A stretch of 64,000 bases of DNA from the human T2T-CHM13v2.0 reference genome, Homo sapiens. Below the pieces are notes generated by a model. That model searched no databases, was not told where the DNA came from, and saw nothing but the letters and a program-made list of their open reading frames with translations. Position numbers and translations under genes: made by a program. The stretch lies in assembly GCF_009914755.1 (NCBI RefSeq), contig NC_060934.1; one strand, 5' to 3'. Below, piece by piece: positions 1 through 16,128 of the stretch. Position 1 is the stretch's first letter. Each line of letters begins with the position of its first letter.

Positions 1-210
1 GAACAGGAACAAGAAGTTTACTGGAAAAGATAAATAAATGGCCCTTAAATTAAAAGGAAGTTCTATTTCCAACACTATAGCAAACTAAAGTACAACAGAG
101 CCTTCATCAGCAACAAACACAACAAACTAGATAAAGTAGAATAGCAACAACAAAAAAAGAGTTATATTTTATCACATAGCCAAGGTCAAAAGAAGTAAAT
201 GAAAGTCTAG

Positions 211-659
<449 letters not shown>

Positions 660-841
660 CTAAAAGTGCCAGAACTGGCAGCAGCAGCAACTCAGTACCC
701 AAGGGATAAGCTCATGAGCTGATGCTGCGCCAACCCAGGAAATGTCAGACCCAGACACTATTATAGAGAAGCAATCATGGCCCCATGCTCAGGCAGGACG
801 GGAAGCTGGAACTAAGACTACTGCATAAAACTAGGACCTGG

Positions 842-1679
<838 letters not shown>

Positions 1680-1856
1680 AGAATTTAATACATCAGCAAG
1701 AAAAATACTAAGCCCTCCAGGAGAAAAAAAATAAAAGACACTTTTAATTATCAAAATTAGCAAAAACAAAGAGAAAATTTTCAATACAATCTCAAAGTTG
1801 GAGAGAGGGCAATGCACAGATCTGCCTCATATAACTATGTGGGCTGTTCCCCGGAA

Positions 1857-1968
1857 GGGTGATCAGCCATCTCATTTGCCTAGGACTGTCCCAGTTGTGG
1901 TGCTGAAAGTCCCATGTCCCAGGAACCTCCTAAGTCCTCAGCAAACTGAACAGTTGCTACACAACTTT
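1857..1968. mobile_element. MER81-like (hAT-Blackjack) MITE
   Basis: gggtgatcagccatc...ggactgtcccagtt...ctgaaagtcccatgtccca resembles the MER81 consensus. Confidence 0.65.
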
Positions 1969-2479
1969 AGTGGGTCATCCACATACATGGCCCTGGAAAT
2001 AAGATAAGTGGAAGTGTTAACTGAATAGAAGAAGCCTTTTAGCAAGCAAGTTAGAAATCTCCATCAAGAGCCTAAGAAACTCCATATCCAATCATTCCTA
2101 TACCTAGAAATTTGGCCTAAGAAAATAATCTGGAATTAAGAGAAAGTTTTGTTTAATAAAGCACGTTGCACAAAATCTGCAAAATGTACACATAAAAATA
2201 ATCTGTATAGAAATACACCAAAATTGGCCATTTTAAATCTTACATATTTTCCACCATATATTTATATAAATTATATTTAATGCATAATATATAATATGTA
2301 AATTATAAACATTAAGATCTGTATATAAAATAGAAATAAACTGTATTTTTCAAGCCTAAAATAAATCTCAGCTATTAGCAGTGCAATGCTTTGAATGAAA
2401 TCTTAGAGGTGAGGAAGAGATGGCCATATGAGTACAGACATGTTTGAATCTCTATAAATATCTGGCAGTAGGGCTTTAC

Positions 2480-2659
2480 CTCTCCAAGTGATGGAACTTG
2501 CAGACCGACCATGTAGTTCTGCCCAGGACCTGTTGGAATGAAGGATTCAGGCACAGAGTAAGCAGCCTCCAACGTGACCTTCAGTAGATTGCCCCCTGAG
2601 ATCTGGGCTGTGGTCAGTAAAGGCTCTGCCACTAATACTTTAACTTCAAGACTGCACTG
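2480..2659 (-). CDS. CFAP70: CFAP70 coding exon 6 ([10 protein letters not shown]...QVPSLGE, 60 codons); gene continues left of the window
   Basis: Acceptor ttcttttacag|CAG and donor GAG|gtaaag; 180 nt, phase 0-0; continues the frame of exon 5 and matches the CFAP70/TTC18 N-terminus as I recall it. Confidence 0.93.
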
Positions 2660-2938
2660 CTGTAAAAGAATAAAATTATGCAGCATTTTGAAAATTGCCA
2701 GAGATCTTCCTTTTTTGCATTATCTCATTTGAATCTCATATTACTGTTCAAGATAAGAAGGTAAAGCTTAATTATTTCCATAAGTTGAAACCATGTTCTC
2801 TAAGTCCCATGAGTTGGAGATAGAGCCAAGAAGAGAATCTTAACCCTAAACTAGATCCCTTCCCACTCTATCATACTGAGGTAAAGTATATATATAAATA
2901 CATATAAAACAGGAATTGTAAGATTCTGTTGAAATGTT

Positions 2939-4070
<1,132 letters not shown>

Positions 4071-4079
4071 AATGTGTAT

Positions 4080-5190
4080 TGAATGCTAGGCACTTTGCTA
4101 TATCACTAGGGATATAAAGACAAAGAAGACATAGTTCCTTTCAACATAGAACTCATGTCATAGTGTCAAGATTTATGCAAAATCTATACTAGAGACCTGT
4201 ACAAAATGCTGCAGTCAAGGACACCAAGGAGGCAGTGAATAACTAATTATTTGGCTGGGGGTTGACATTTATAGGATAAATAGGCATTTACAACCTGGAT
4301 TAGCAGAGGAAGGAAAGAAAAAATAATTCTGGATAAGAACAGTTTTTGTGGGCTGGTCCAAAGGCAGTGAGTTATCTCAACTGACTGTTCACAGTCAGTT
4401 ACAGATCAAATTCTTTGTTCTATTCTTTCCCCACTTCTCACTACTGTGCTTAACTAGTCTTAGAGGGGAAAAACAGTCTATGTAAAGAGGGATTGGAACA
4501 GTATGGTATCTTCCATTTAGGTATATGTAAGTAAGTCAGGATTCTGGAACTTGAAGTATTAATATAAGGAAAGGAGTAATGGGAGATGAGGTTGAAGGGG
4601 GAGGCCTCCATTATAAAGGATGCTATATGCCTGCTAAGCAATCTGGACCTTAACTTGTAAGCAGTGGGTGAATCCATGAACTACAGAGTACTAAGTAGGG
4701 GAAGAGATAAGATCAGATTCACTTTTAAATCACTGTGCAAGCCATGGGAAGGTTGAACTAGAGGGAGGTAAAGGTAGGTACGAGGCTATTTGTAACTATC
4801 CAAGTGAGAGGTAATAAGGCAATAAAGAGTAGGAATGAAGCCAAAAAGAAAACCTAAAGACACTTAGAAGATAGAAAAGGTGGGATTTGGTGAAAGGCAG
4901 ATTTGAGGACTGGTTGTAGTTAGGGTCTGAAGGAATATATATATGTCATGGATATAATTTAGGTTCTATGTTCCATGATTTCATGGATGGGTGATGCCAC
5001 TAGTCAAAAAACTAAGATAAAAGGAAGAATAGGTTTCAGGGAAGATACTGAGTTCAGTTTTGGAATGTTGAGTTTTAGGTGCCTATGGGATAACATTATA
5101 GAGGTATACAGTAGGTGCTTATAAAGTCTGATATTCTAGAACTCCAGAAAGGGGTCTGGGCTAGAACTGCTGGATTAGAAATTTTCAGTG
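4080..5190. mobile_element. L2 fragments (host of the Y-RNA pseudogene)
   Basis: L2-like text (tattgaatgc..ggcactttgcta, gagttcagttttggaatgttgagttt, gtctgggctag). Confidence 0.5.
4351..4461 (+). pseudogene. Y1 RNA (RNY1) retropseudogene
   Basis: ggctggtccaaaggcagtgagttatctcaa...ctcactactgtgcttaactagtctt is colinear with full-length hY1, with scattered substitutions; degenerate TSD aagaacagtttttgtg / aaaaacagtctatgta. Confidence 0.92.
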
Positions 5191-5570
5191 AGAGGCATGC
5201 TACCATGCCCTAAAGTATATGAGGTGCTTTCATATACTACTTGAGCCATCAGGACATAGCTCAAGAGTTATTTCCATGGTTAAGCCTTCCTTGCCTCTAC
5301 CTGCGGACAAAGTAACTGATACCTGCTCTATGCCCATGTGCCTCACTCCACCATTTAATCACACTGGGTTATAGTCTATGATATGTAGACTGTGGGCTTT
5401 TCAAAGTAGGACTCTGCCTTATTATCTTTGTTTCCCAGAATCTAACACTAAGTGTGCTGTGAAAAGAAAATGCCCAATGCATTACACTCAACTGAATTGA
5501 ACCTTAATAGCAGACAGAATTGTTACATTGAATGGCAGGCTGAAATGTTGAGAGCTAAAACTCTGATTAC

Positions 5571-5650
5571 CTTAGCACTTGATCTAGGAGTTTCTAAGGG
5601 TGAGCCTTGCACAGGGTGCAATGGAACTGTTGTTTGAAATGAACTCTGTC
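5571..5650 (-). CDS. CFAP70: CFAP70 coding exon 5 ((G)QSSFQTTVPLHPVQGSPLETPRSSAK)
   Basis: Acceptor ctttttgcag|GA and donor AAG|gtaatc; 80 nt, phase 1-0. Confidence 0.93.
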
Positions 5651-5837
5651 CTGCAAAAAGAAGCCCAAGTTGAGCCAAAGAAGAAAGGGTTAAGTTGGGA
5701 TGACTGCAGGCAGAGATAAATGTGCCTACTTTTCCCCTCAAATCCCTCAAATTCATTGAGGCTAATTTCTATATCTCTCTGGGGCTAAGTTTTATGAGCT
5801 TTTCCATTTCTGCTTTTGGGCAAAGCACACATCTGAC

Positions 5838-5936
5838 CTTCCAGTAAGGGAAGAAGGTCCACCACAGCCTGACCAAGAATTAAGGTCTTCTCTTCTTTCT
5901 GTTTCTTTTCCTTTGGTAAAACTTCAGTCACAGTTA
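5838..5936 (-). CDS. CFAP70: CFAP70 coding exon 4 ((L)[32 protein letters not shown](G))
   Basis: Acceptor tttttctag|TA and donor GAAG|gtcaga; 99 nt, phase 1-1. Confidence 0.93.
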
Positions 5937-6196
5937 CTAGAAAAATCAAAACAAAGAAAATGAGACATTTAAAACACATCTATCCGATAACCAAGCTGCA
6001 ACAAACAAAGCATTGTCAAAGATATGTAAGTTAAAAAAAAATAAACTTGAAAGTACAGAAGGCACCAACATCACTGACTTCTGGTGGAAAATACTGGACC
6101 ACTTCAGTGACTTTTGAACTTTTTGCCTGCAAGTTATAATAAGAAATGGGTTTTAGATCATCATCATGTACATGCATGTGTATAAAAGTAACTGAG

Positions 6197-6993
<797 letters not shown>

Positions 6994-8169
6994 AGCACTG
7001 CTCTAGATCCCCCTATATTGCCTACCATAAGGCTTGACACATTTTGGAGTAATCCTGTAGCATGCAGAGTATGTACAAGGTTTTTCACTGCAGCATTACT
7101 CTGTGTGCTTAACACTTATTATAACAATTTCAAAATTTCAAATACACAAAGTAGAATAGTATAACAACTATCCATATAACCATAATCTAAATTTAACAAT
7201 TTTTTTGCTTCATCATGTGTAGCTTTGTTTGCTCAAATACTTTTATCATATTTGCTTTGTTTGCTGAAGTACTTTTCAAATAAATTACAGACATCATGAC
7301 ATTTTACTCCTAAATACCAAAGTATACAAATCCCAAGTAAGACATTTTCCTAGAAAACCACAATCAGTTTACCACATCTAGCAAGTGTGTGATAATAGCA
7401 TTAAATAATTCCTTAATTCACCTAGTGTCCAGTTTATATTTAACATTTCCCAATTATCCCCAAATTTATTTTGTAGCTGGTCTGTTCAAAGACCACATAT
7501 TGCATTTGGTTGTCATGTTTCTTTTCATTTAGAACAGTCCCCCCTTTCCACATACTTCTCTCAAACACTTCTCTCTTTTGTTGAAGACACCAGGCCAATA
7601 GTTACATAGAATGTCACACCTTCTAGATTTGTCTCTTGTTTTATTCCTCATAGTATTTAATTTGTTTCTCAATTCCTGTGTTCCTACTTGGGTTCAGCTT
7701 CAGCATTTTCAGCAAGGATAACAGGGTTTGATATGTTATCAAACTCTGTGACCTTTGTAACCTGACAGATGAAAATAGCATCTAAACATAATTTTATTTT
7801 TTGTATTAGAATGAGGTTGAAATTTTTTCCATATACTTAAGGACCAGTTACAGTTTCTTTTCCATGAACTTTTCATATTCCTTTCATATGTTTTGTATAC
7901 TTTTCCATTAGATTCTTGCTCTTATTAATATGCAAGTGCTCTTTAAAGGTAAATTTGCCTTCTGTCTAGAAATGAATTGCAAATTGTATTCCAGTTTGTG
8001 GCTTGTCTTTTACAGTTGCTAATGAATATATATATATTTTTTTTCTGTGGTTTCTACAGTTGTGAAATACTTATAAAGGCTTCCTCTCTCTGATTATTTT
8101 AATTCCATGATTTCTTATGGTACTTACATGATTTAATTTTTTACACACATTTTATCCAGGTGGTATTTA

Positions 8170-8454
8170 TTTTGGTTTGTTTGTTTGTTTTTCAAGACCA
8201 GGTCTCACTCTGTCACCTGGGCTGGAAGGCAGTGGTGCGCTCTCAGCTCACTGCAACCCCTGCCTCGAGGGCTCAAGTGATTCTCCCACCTCAGCCTCTG
8301 GAGTAGCTAGGGCTACAAGTGCTCACCACCATACCCAGCTAATTTGTGTGTATATATGTGTGTGTGTGTGTATGTGTGTGTATATGTATGTGTGTGTGTA
8401 TATATATGTGTGTATATGTGTGTATGTGTGTGTATATATATGTGTATATGTGTG

Positions 8455-8533
<79 letters not shown>

Positions 8534-9145
8534 TTTGTTTTTTTTTTTTGTGAGACGGAGTCTTGCTTTGTCACCCAGGCTGGAGTGCAGTGGCGCAGTC
8601 TCAGCTCACTGCAAGCTCCGCCTCCTGGGTTCTCGCCATTCTCCTGCCTCAGCCTCCTGAGTAGCTGGGACTACAGGTGCCCGCCACCACACCCAGCTAA
8701 TTTTTTGTATTTTTACTTGAGACGGGGTTTCACCGTGTTAGCCAGGATGGTCTCGATCTCCTGACCTCGTGATCTGCCCGCCTTGGCCTCCCAAAGTGCT
8801 GGGATTACAGGCGTGAGCCACTGCACCCAGTCATTGTTTTTTTGTTTGTTTTTGTTTTTGTTTTTTGAGAGAAAGTCTCACTGTGTCACTCAGGCTGGAG
8901 TGCAGTGGTATGATCTCGGCTCACTGTAACCTCCACCTCTCAGGTTAAGTGATTCTCCTGCCTCAGTCTCCTGAGTAACTGGGACTACAGGCAGGCTCCA
9001 CCACGCCTGGCTAATATTTGTATTTTTAGTAGAGACGGGGTTTTGCCATCTTGACCAGGCTGGTCTTGAACTCCTGACCTTGTGATCCACGCATCTCAGC
9101 CTCCCAAAGTTCTGGGATTACAGGCTTGAGCCACTGTGCCCAGCC
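8170..9145 (-). mobile_element. Alu cluster (partial old Alu, AluY-like 8533-8832, Alu 8835-9145)
   Basis: Minus-strand Alu consensus. Confidence 0.85.
8345..8531. repeat. Compound (TG)n/(TA)n microsatellite, about 185 bp
   Basis: Direct inspection; arises at an Alu mid-linker. Confidence 0.95.
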
Positions 9146-9179
9146 CATTATGTTTTTTAATTCAATTTGAGATCTTCCA

Positions 9180-10140
9180 GTTTTTGGAATGACTTATGGT
9201 TTTAAGTTGAAACCTGGACTTTTCCTATTGTTATGAATCTCTGGATCTTACTTACACCTTCTGTTTTCAGCTGGCTTTTTCCAACACCACCCCAAAAGGG
9301 GAAGGAAGGAGATGCTGCCTCATTACTGACAAGTTGGGGTGGAAGTCTAGGTTCCCTACTCAGCCTCCTCTGACACCTGATGGAGGCAGCTCCTCATTAC
9401 TGCTGAGCAGGGGAATTGGAGTCCTGATTCCTTACTTGGTTTCCACTGATACCACAGTGGGTGTGGACTCATTACCCTTGGGTGATGGTGAAAGTTCTGA
9501 CTCTAAACTAGGCCTCCTCTGACACCACTCCAGTGGGAAGTGAAGGGACACCTTGCTGCTGACAGTTTGGGATAGAAGTCCAAGATCCATGTGGTCTCCA
9601 CTAACATTATGAGGGGTGGGAAGGGGACTCATTACTAGAGGGGATAAAAGCCCTGGTTCCCTACTTGGTCTTCTCTGACATCACTAGGGTAATGGAGAAC
9701 CTCATTTTTGAGCTTTGTGAGAGTGGAAGTCTAGGCTCTCCACTCAGCTTGATTGAGGGTGGGGGTTTTTTTCCTACGGTGTTTGGCTGGAGTACGGGAA
9801 TTACTGTCTAAAACTTTTCTGTCTTATTAGGCTGCCGCTTTCATAGTCTTTTGGCTAAACAGAGCAGACTTTTATCAGGCTTTCTTTCTTTTTTCTTTTT
9901 TTTGGTCTGTGCCCATTGGTGTCTCCAGGTTGCCACCTTCTTCAGCAAGAAGTATGGGATATATAAGGCAAAAAGAAAACCCAAAGAACTCACCACTGTG
10001 TCATTCCCCAGGTCCCAAGTTTCCTTCTCTCCACCTTTCAGAGTCTCTTATGTTTGTTTTATATATAATGTCCAGGGTTTGTAGTTGTACTCAGTGGGAG
10101 GAATAGAGAAAAGTACATCTATTCCATCTTCTCAAAAGTT
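9180..10140. repeat. Old interspersed repeat (probably L1M-derived) containing about 6 diverged units of about 77 bp
   Basis: Recurring core gaagtc(t/c)aggttccctact(c/t)(a/g)g(c/t)ctcctctgacacc at about 9342, 9418, 9490, 9575, 9646 and 9725. Confidence 0.55.
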
Positions 10141-10970
10141 CTGCTTTTAATCCTTTTTATTTCTAATTAATGCGCTTAAGATTATAAATGTACCTCTAAG
10201 TACACCTTTAACTATATCCCACAAATTCTGATATTTGGTGTTTTACTGTTGATCTCTTCCAAATGCTTTGCAATTTTTATTATGACTTTTTTATTTGTCC
10301 CATGAATGATTCATAAGTATGTTTTTAAATTTCCAAATAGCTTTTTGGCTTTTTGTTATTGATTTCTAATTTTGTTGATTGTTACATTTTGGCAGAAAAG
10401 GTGGTCTGTATGCTGTTGATCCTTTGATCTATGGTAGGACTTGCTTTATCGCTTAGAATGTGGCCAATTGCTATCATAAAAATGCTCCTCCTGTGTTTTA
10501 AAAATATATATATTCTTTAATGGTTAGTACAAGCCTATGATTATTCCTAGGGAAGACTTTTTTCTCTACCCAGGATCTAGACAGAGATGCTGATAAGCAG
10601 ATTTTATTTTCCTGGTCCATACTTTCTGAGAGTCTTAACTTGTGATGGGGAGGTGATCTCAGTCTCTATTCCCCCATCAACAACAGCCAAAGGTTTTCTG
10701 TCCTTGTGAGAGCATTAAAACCCAAGCCCCTAGGTTTTGGAGTACTGCCTTCTCCCTGCACACTTCCACTAACACATACACACCAATGGCAGCTGTTCAA
10801 GATTTTCACGTTTCAGTTCCTGCCTTGCTTCTGGGAACAAAGGAACTGTCCTTTCTTTCTCATGATTTTAGTTACATGTTTAAAAGAATGTTTTGGTTGT
10901 GCTTTTCCCATCCAACATGATAGGGAAGAAGGCAATCGGGACATTGATTTTTAGAACCACAAGGACTTAC

Positions 10971-11157
10971 AGAACACAGGTTTGTGAGCGAGGTCATCTG
11001 AAGTGATTCCTCCTTCAGGATTAAACTCAAAACTGCTAGTGAAGTTGTATTTTGCACTTCCTTCTGGAGAAACAGTAATTTTTGCAGAGTCTCCCAGAAC
11101 CACTTGATTGAATTCTGCTCGAATAAAGGTAACTGGAGTATCTCCTTTAAAACCTTT
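10971..11157 (-). CDS. CFAP70: CFAP70 coding exon 3 ([16 protein letters not shown]...DLAHKPVF)
   Basis: Acceptor ttctgccaacag|AAA and donor TTCT|gtaagt; 187 nt, phase 0-1. Confidence 0.93.
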
Positions 11158-12148
11158 CTGTTGGCAGAAACACACCACTTTACAATTATATTCAAATAGA
11201 GAATTTTCCCACACATCTGGTAACCCATTTTGATTTGGGCTAAATAGCATTTTTCATTTTTTCCTAACGAGCAACATCACAAATACAAAAGGAATAGGTA
11301 GAAAAATCATTAAACAAATCTAGTTTTACTTAAATGCAACATTCCATTGAAGTGCTGTTATGTTGGAGTCTTGAAAATAACATTTATTGTGTTTCACCTA
11401 ATAATAAAAGTATACTGTGGAACATTTTTTTTTCTGTTTGTTTGTTTGTTTTGAGACGGAGTCTCGCTCTGTCACCCAGGCTGGAGTGCAGTGGCGCGAT
11501 CTCAGCTCACTGCAAGCTACTGAGGAACATTTTTAAAAGTAAGAAAATTAATTACCTACAATCTTACTGTAACATGCAAGCATTATTAATATTTTAGAAT
11601 ATATTTTCTAGTGTTCTGCTGTGAATATATGGATGTACGTGTGTGTACCCATACATGCACACATAGATACATTTTTATATATGCATTTTAAAACAAAGTG
11701 GAGCTCATTAATTACATCCTCTTTGGAATGATCTTTTTAAACTTAATATACTGAATATTTTCCCATTTCATCATATTCCTAATTTTTAGTACATCACATT
11801 GTTGTTGTTTTTTTAATTAATCAAATAGAATTAATCACAAGGGAAACTCTGGAAGAATTCAGATCCTTCTCAGGAGAAAGGGAAAAAAATTATACGTGAA
11901 CTGCTGTCTAGGGAAACTAAAACCACTGTTTCTTTCATCCTGTTAAATTTAGTATTCAAATTGCCGGGTATTTGAGACACACAGTAATGTGACTTGGAGA
12001 TTAAGACTAACAATAAGGAACACTGAGGCGGAATGCCACTGCTACATAAAGCCAGGAGGTTTGGAGGTAGAGAATGAAGCAAAATTCCATTCCTCCTGCA
12101 GGTACTCCCAAACTAAGGATTTTTGTAAATTTCCAAAAGTAACTTTAC

Positions 12149-12211
12149 CAAATCATATCCCTCTGTCACGGTGATCTGCACGAGTCTGCCTGCTGATGGC
12201 ACTTGCTCCAT
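12149..12211 (-). CDS. CFAP70: CFAP70 first coding exon (MEQVPSAGRLVQITVTEGYDL); exon including UTR is about 12149-12250
   Basis: ATG at 12209-12211 in gatATGG context; donor TTG|gtaaag; acceptor ctgtttacag|AGACC at 12250; 63 coding nt. Confidence 0.92.
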
Positions 12212-12534
12212 ATCACCAACTGGGAAAAGTCCCTCTGTTTTCTTTGGTCTCTGTAAACAGAATGAATCAACCTGTCCCCTCATGTACCACAGCTGCACAA
12301 GTACCCATATTCCATCATAACCAATACCAGGGAAAACCTAAGGAAATGCCATAGTCCAGCACTGTTTTATTCCCCATATCCAACCTTTGCTGTTGGACAG
12401 GCAGTGCTTTAGGGAGCTGGTCACAAGGATGATTTCACTGGTAGCGCTAAAGATGTTTATACAGGTAACTAACCCATTAAGCACAAAGTATCACAAGACA
12501 AAGTAGGAACACCTTGACCTCCCATACCCTACAT

Positions 12535-13349
<815 letters not shown>

Positions 13350-13622
13350 CCATACACTGTTCACAGTGTTCTCTGGTAACCGTTTTTTTTAATCTGCAAA
13401 GCTCCCTTCAAACATTATTTAACTTCTCAGTTTTACAAAAATATATTTTGAGAGCAGGAAAGAAGCAGCCACACAAAATGGTAGTCCACTGGAAAAGGTC
13501 TTAATGTATTTCTTATTTAGTCAGATATACTGTCAATTTTACAATACTAAGGGCACAAACAATTTCGATAATAAATTGGATATTTGTTTTTTGGAAAAGG
13601 TCTTTTATCTCTCCTTCCTTCC

Positions 13623-13910
13623 TTTTTTTTTTTTTCAGGCTCTCATTCTGTCACCCAGGCTGGAGTGCAGTGGTGTGATCACAGCTCACTGCAGCTTCAA
13701 CCTCCCAGGCTCAAGTGATTGTCCCACCTCAGCCTCCTGAGTAGCTGGGACTACAGGCATGCGCCACCACGCCCAGCTAATTTTTGTATTTTTTGTAGAG
13801 ACAGGGTTTCACCATGCTGTCTAGGCTGGTCTCGACGGCTAGGCTCAAGCAATCCACTCACCTCAGCCTCCCAAAGTGCTGGGATTAAAAGGCATGAGCC
13901 ACTGTGCCTG
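13623..13910 (-). mobile_element. AluJ-like
   Basis: Minus-strand Alu consensus. Confidence 0.85.
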
Positions 13911-15379
13911 TTGAAAAGGCCTTATTTTCTAACTCAATTCAAACATTTACTGAGGACATACTATGCTAAGTGTACTTGGTGATACAAAAGAGAAAACAAC
14001 ATCTTACAGCCTTCAGACTTTATAATTATCCTGCCTCTTCTCAGCTACTCCAGCATTTTTCCAGTCACCTAAAAGTGTCAAATCATTTGTTCAACAACAT
14101 ATTTCTGGGCTCTTTAAGGGCTTTAGTGGCACTGACAACTTCTTTGTCAAATGTACATTTGAAATGCCCTTTTGTATCAGTCTTCTTTCCTTTTCAATAA
14201 TATGGCATTAGGCCTTCATTACCCTTCTGCTAGACTGTAACAAAAGCCTCCTAACTGGTGTCTCTGACTCCAGTTTCTCACTCTAATTCATCCTGCTTTT
14301 GTCAGAATTGCTCATTGAAAAAACTTGTTAAGCTTGGCACTGTGATGGGTGCTGAGGATACAAGAGATAAGATGTGAACTCTCTAACCTCAAGAAATTTA
14401 AAATCTAGTGAGGACGAGAGACGTGTAACTAGACCAGGAGTCATAATCTGTGAGACAGGTGCTCTGACAGAGGAAAGAAGGGAGGAGTGAAACACACAGG
14501 GAGGAAAAGGGGGGTGGAAATTTATTTTTTCTTTTACAAATAAAAAGAATGAGAGAAGCAAGGAAATTAACTGATTATAGCCAGTGTGCCAAGTGTGCTT
14601 CGCATTTATTATCTTAAATGTAGCCTCCCTTCTAAGAGATTCTTAAATCTCTATTTGATTGAAAAAAATTGAGCTTCAGAGAAGTTTGTTATCTTACCAG
14701 CAGTCATACAGCAAGGAAGTGCTGAATGAAGCTGGGACCTAGCTGGATTTGAGAATACATATGCATGCCAGGAAAATCTTGGAGGAAGTACGCTGGAACT
14801 ATGTCTTAATAAAGGGAAGGATATTCCAAGAAAGGGAACAGATTTTAAAACGTTCAGAGGCAAAACAACACACATAGCAAGTAGCAAGTAGCTTGCAGTG
14901 GTGGAGTAAGAAGAAATAGGGAGAAAATGAGAAGAGACAAGCAGATAAATACCTTATTAAAGTACAGATCTGATCGTATCACTGTCTTGTTCCCTCTCAC
15001 CTACCAAATAAACTGTAACACTACAGTTTAACTGTAGTTAAATGTAGTACTACATTCAGGGCTTTCTAGGATCTTGCAGTGCCAGTCAACTCCCCTCTTC
15101 TAGCTTATGCTCTTGCTTAGTATTTTTCAAAGATTACCTGCATTTAGTCGCTTTTGAACCTTTGCATTTTTCCTTCCCCCTGGAATTATCTCTCCCTTTC
15201 TCCTCACTCCGTCTCTACAGCAAATCCTACTCATCCTTTAAAATCCAGCTCAAATGCTTCCTAGTCCATGAAGCTTCCCAGTCGGAAAAACTTGCCTTTC
15301 CTCTGAATTCATTTAGCACTTTACACGTCTTTTGTGGCATTACCACAAGCTGTCCTGTTTATGAAGACTGGGTATTCAA

Positions 15380-15550
15380 AAGACCTTTCCTACTTAACAA
15401 CTATGTGCCCCTAGGCAAATGCCTAACTTCTCTAAGCCTCAGTTTCACCTTCTGTAAAATGGATAACTTCCAACCTGTTTCACATTTATTGTGAATATCC
15501 CCTAAGATATTAAAGCTTTTTAAGTATGAAGCACTGCACAAATGGTATTA
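15380..15550. mobile_element. MIR
   Basis: Core text ctaggcaaatgcctaacttctctaagcctcagtttcaccttctgtaaaatgg. Confidence 0.7.
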
Positions 15551-15741
15551 TTAATATGCAGCGTTTGTCCTGAGAGCTCATTTACACCCTTGAAGGCATG
15601 TAACCTGTCTCACGCATATTTACGGGCCCAGAGTGCCTGGCACCATGTCTTGTACACAACAGGCGTTCGCGTCGTGTTTGAATTATGAATGCAAGATATA
15701 GGACTAAAGTTATAGTCAGGGCAGCTAGGGTGGGGACTCTT

Positions 15742-15756
15742 GTTGCCCCCGGCAAG
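15742..15756. promoter_or_regulatory. Candidate RFX X-box
   Basis: GTTGCC-CCC-GGCAAG, one mismatch to GTNRCC-N(0-3)-RGYAAC; a further half-site TAGCAAC at 16162-16168; the gene is a motile-cilia gene. Confidence 0.45.
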
Positions 15757-16128
15757 GCACGCATTTCTTGTCATCTGCTCGGAAGAAGCTGCAAGGGGAG
15801 AGTCCAGTGAGAAAAAGGTTAGACGAAGGAGGCGATGTGACTGAGTCTGGTCTGGGGACAAGCGCAGTCAGCGCAGAATGAGGAGGCCTCCGACGAGAAG
15901 CGGTAAAGGAAGGTCTACGTCCGCGCTCCTGTGGAGGTCGCCGGGCTGGGGTTGGCGGCAGAGTCCGCACCTGGCCGGGCCAGCGGCTTTTCGGTCTAAA
16001 TATCGGGGTTTTCAGCCTGGCCTTAGCTAAGGGAGCAGAAGATCGGGGTGACGGCTGTGGTGTGGCCGCAGGGCTGAGGTGGGGAGGCCGGGAAGAGAGA
16101 GTTTCTTCAGGAGGGATCACTGTCTTAC

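Noticed and set aside
5640-5840. Intron 4 start (gtcaga) resembles exon 5 start (gacaga), giving EGQ either way
   Set aside because: Too short to distinguish from chance
8177-8764. 195-aa ORF rich in CV/YI, with overlapping ORFs
   Set aside because: Produced by a stop-free (TG)/(TA) microsatellite between Alus
9330-9750. Regularly spaced repeats as a CRISPR-like array
   Set aside because: Human DNA; the units are diverged along their whole length, with no unique spacers or cas genes
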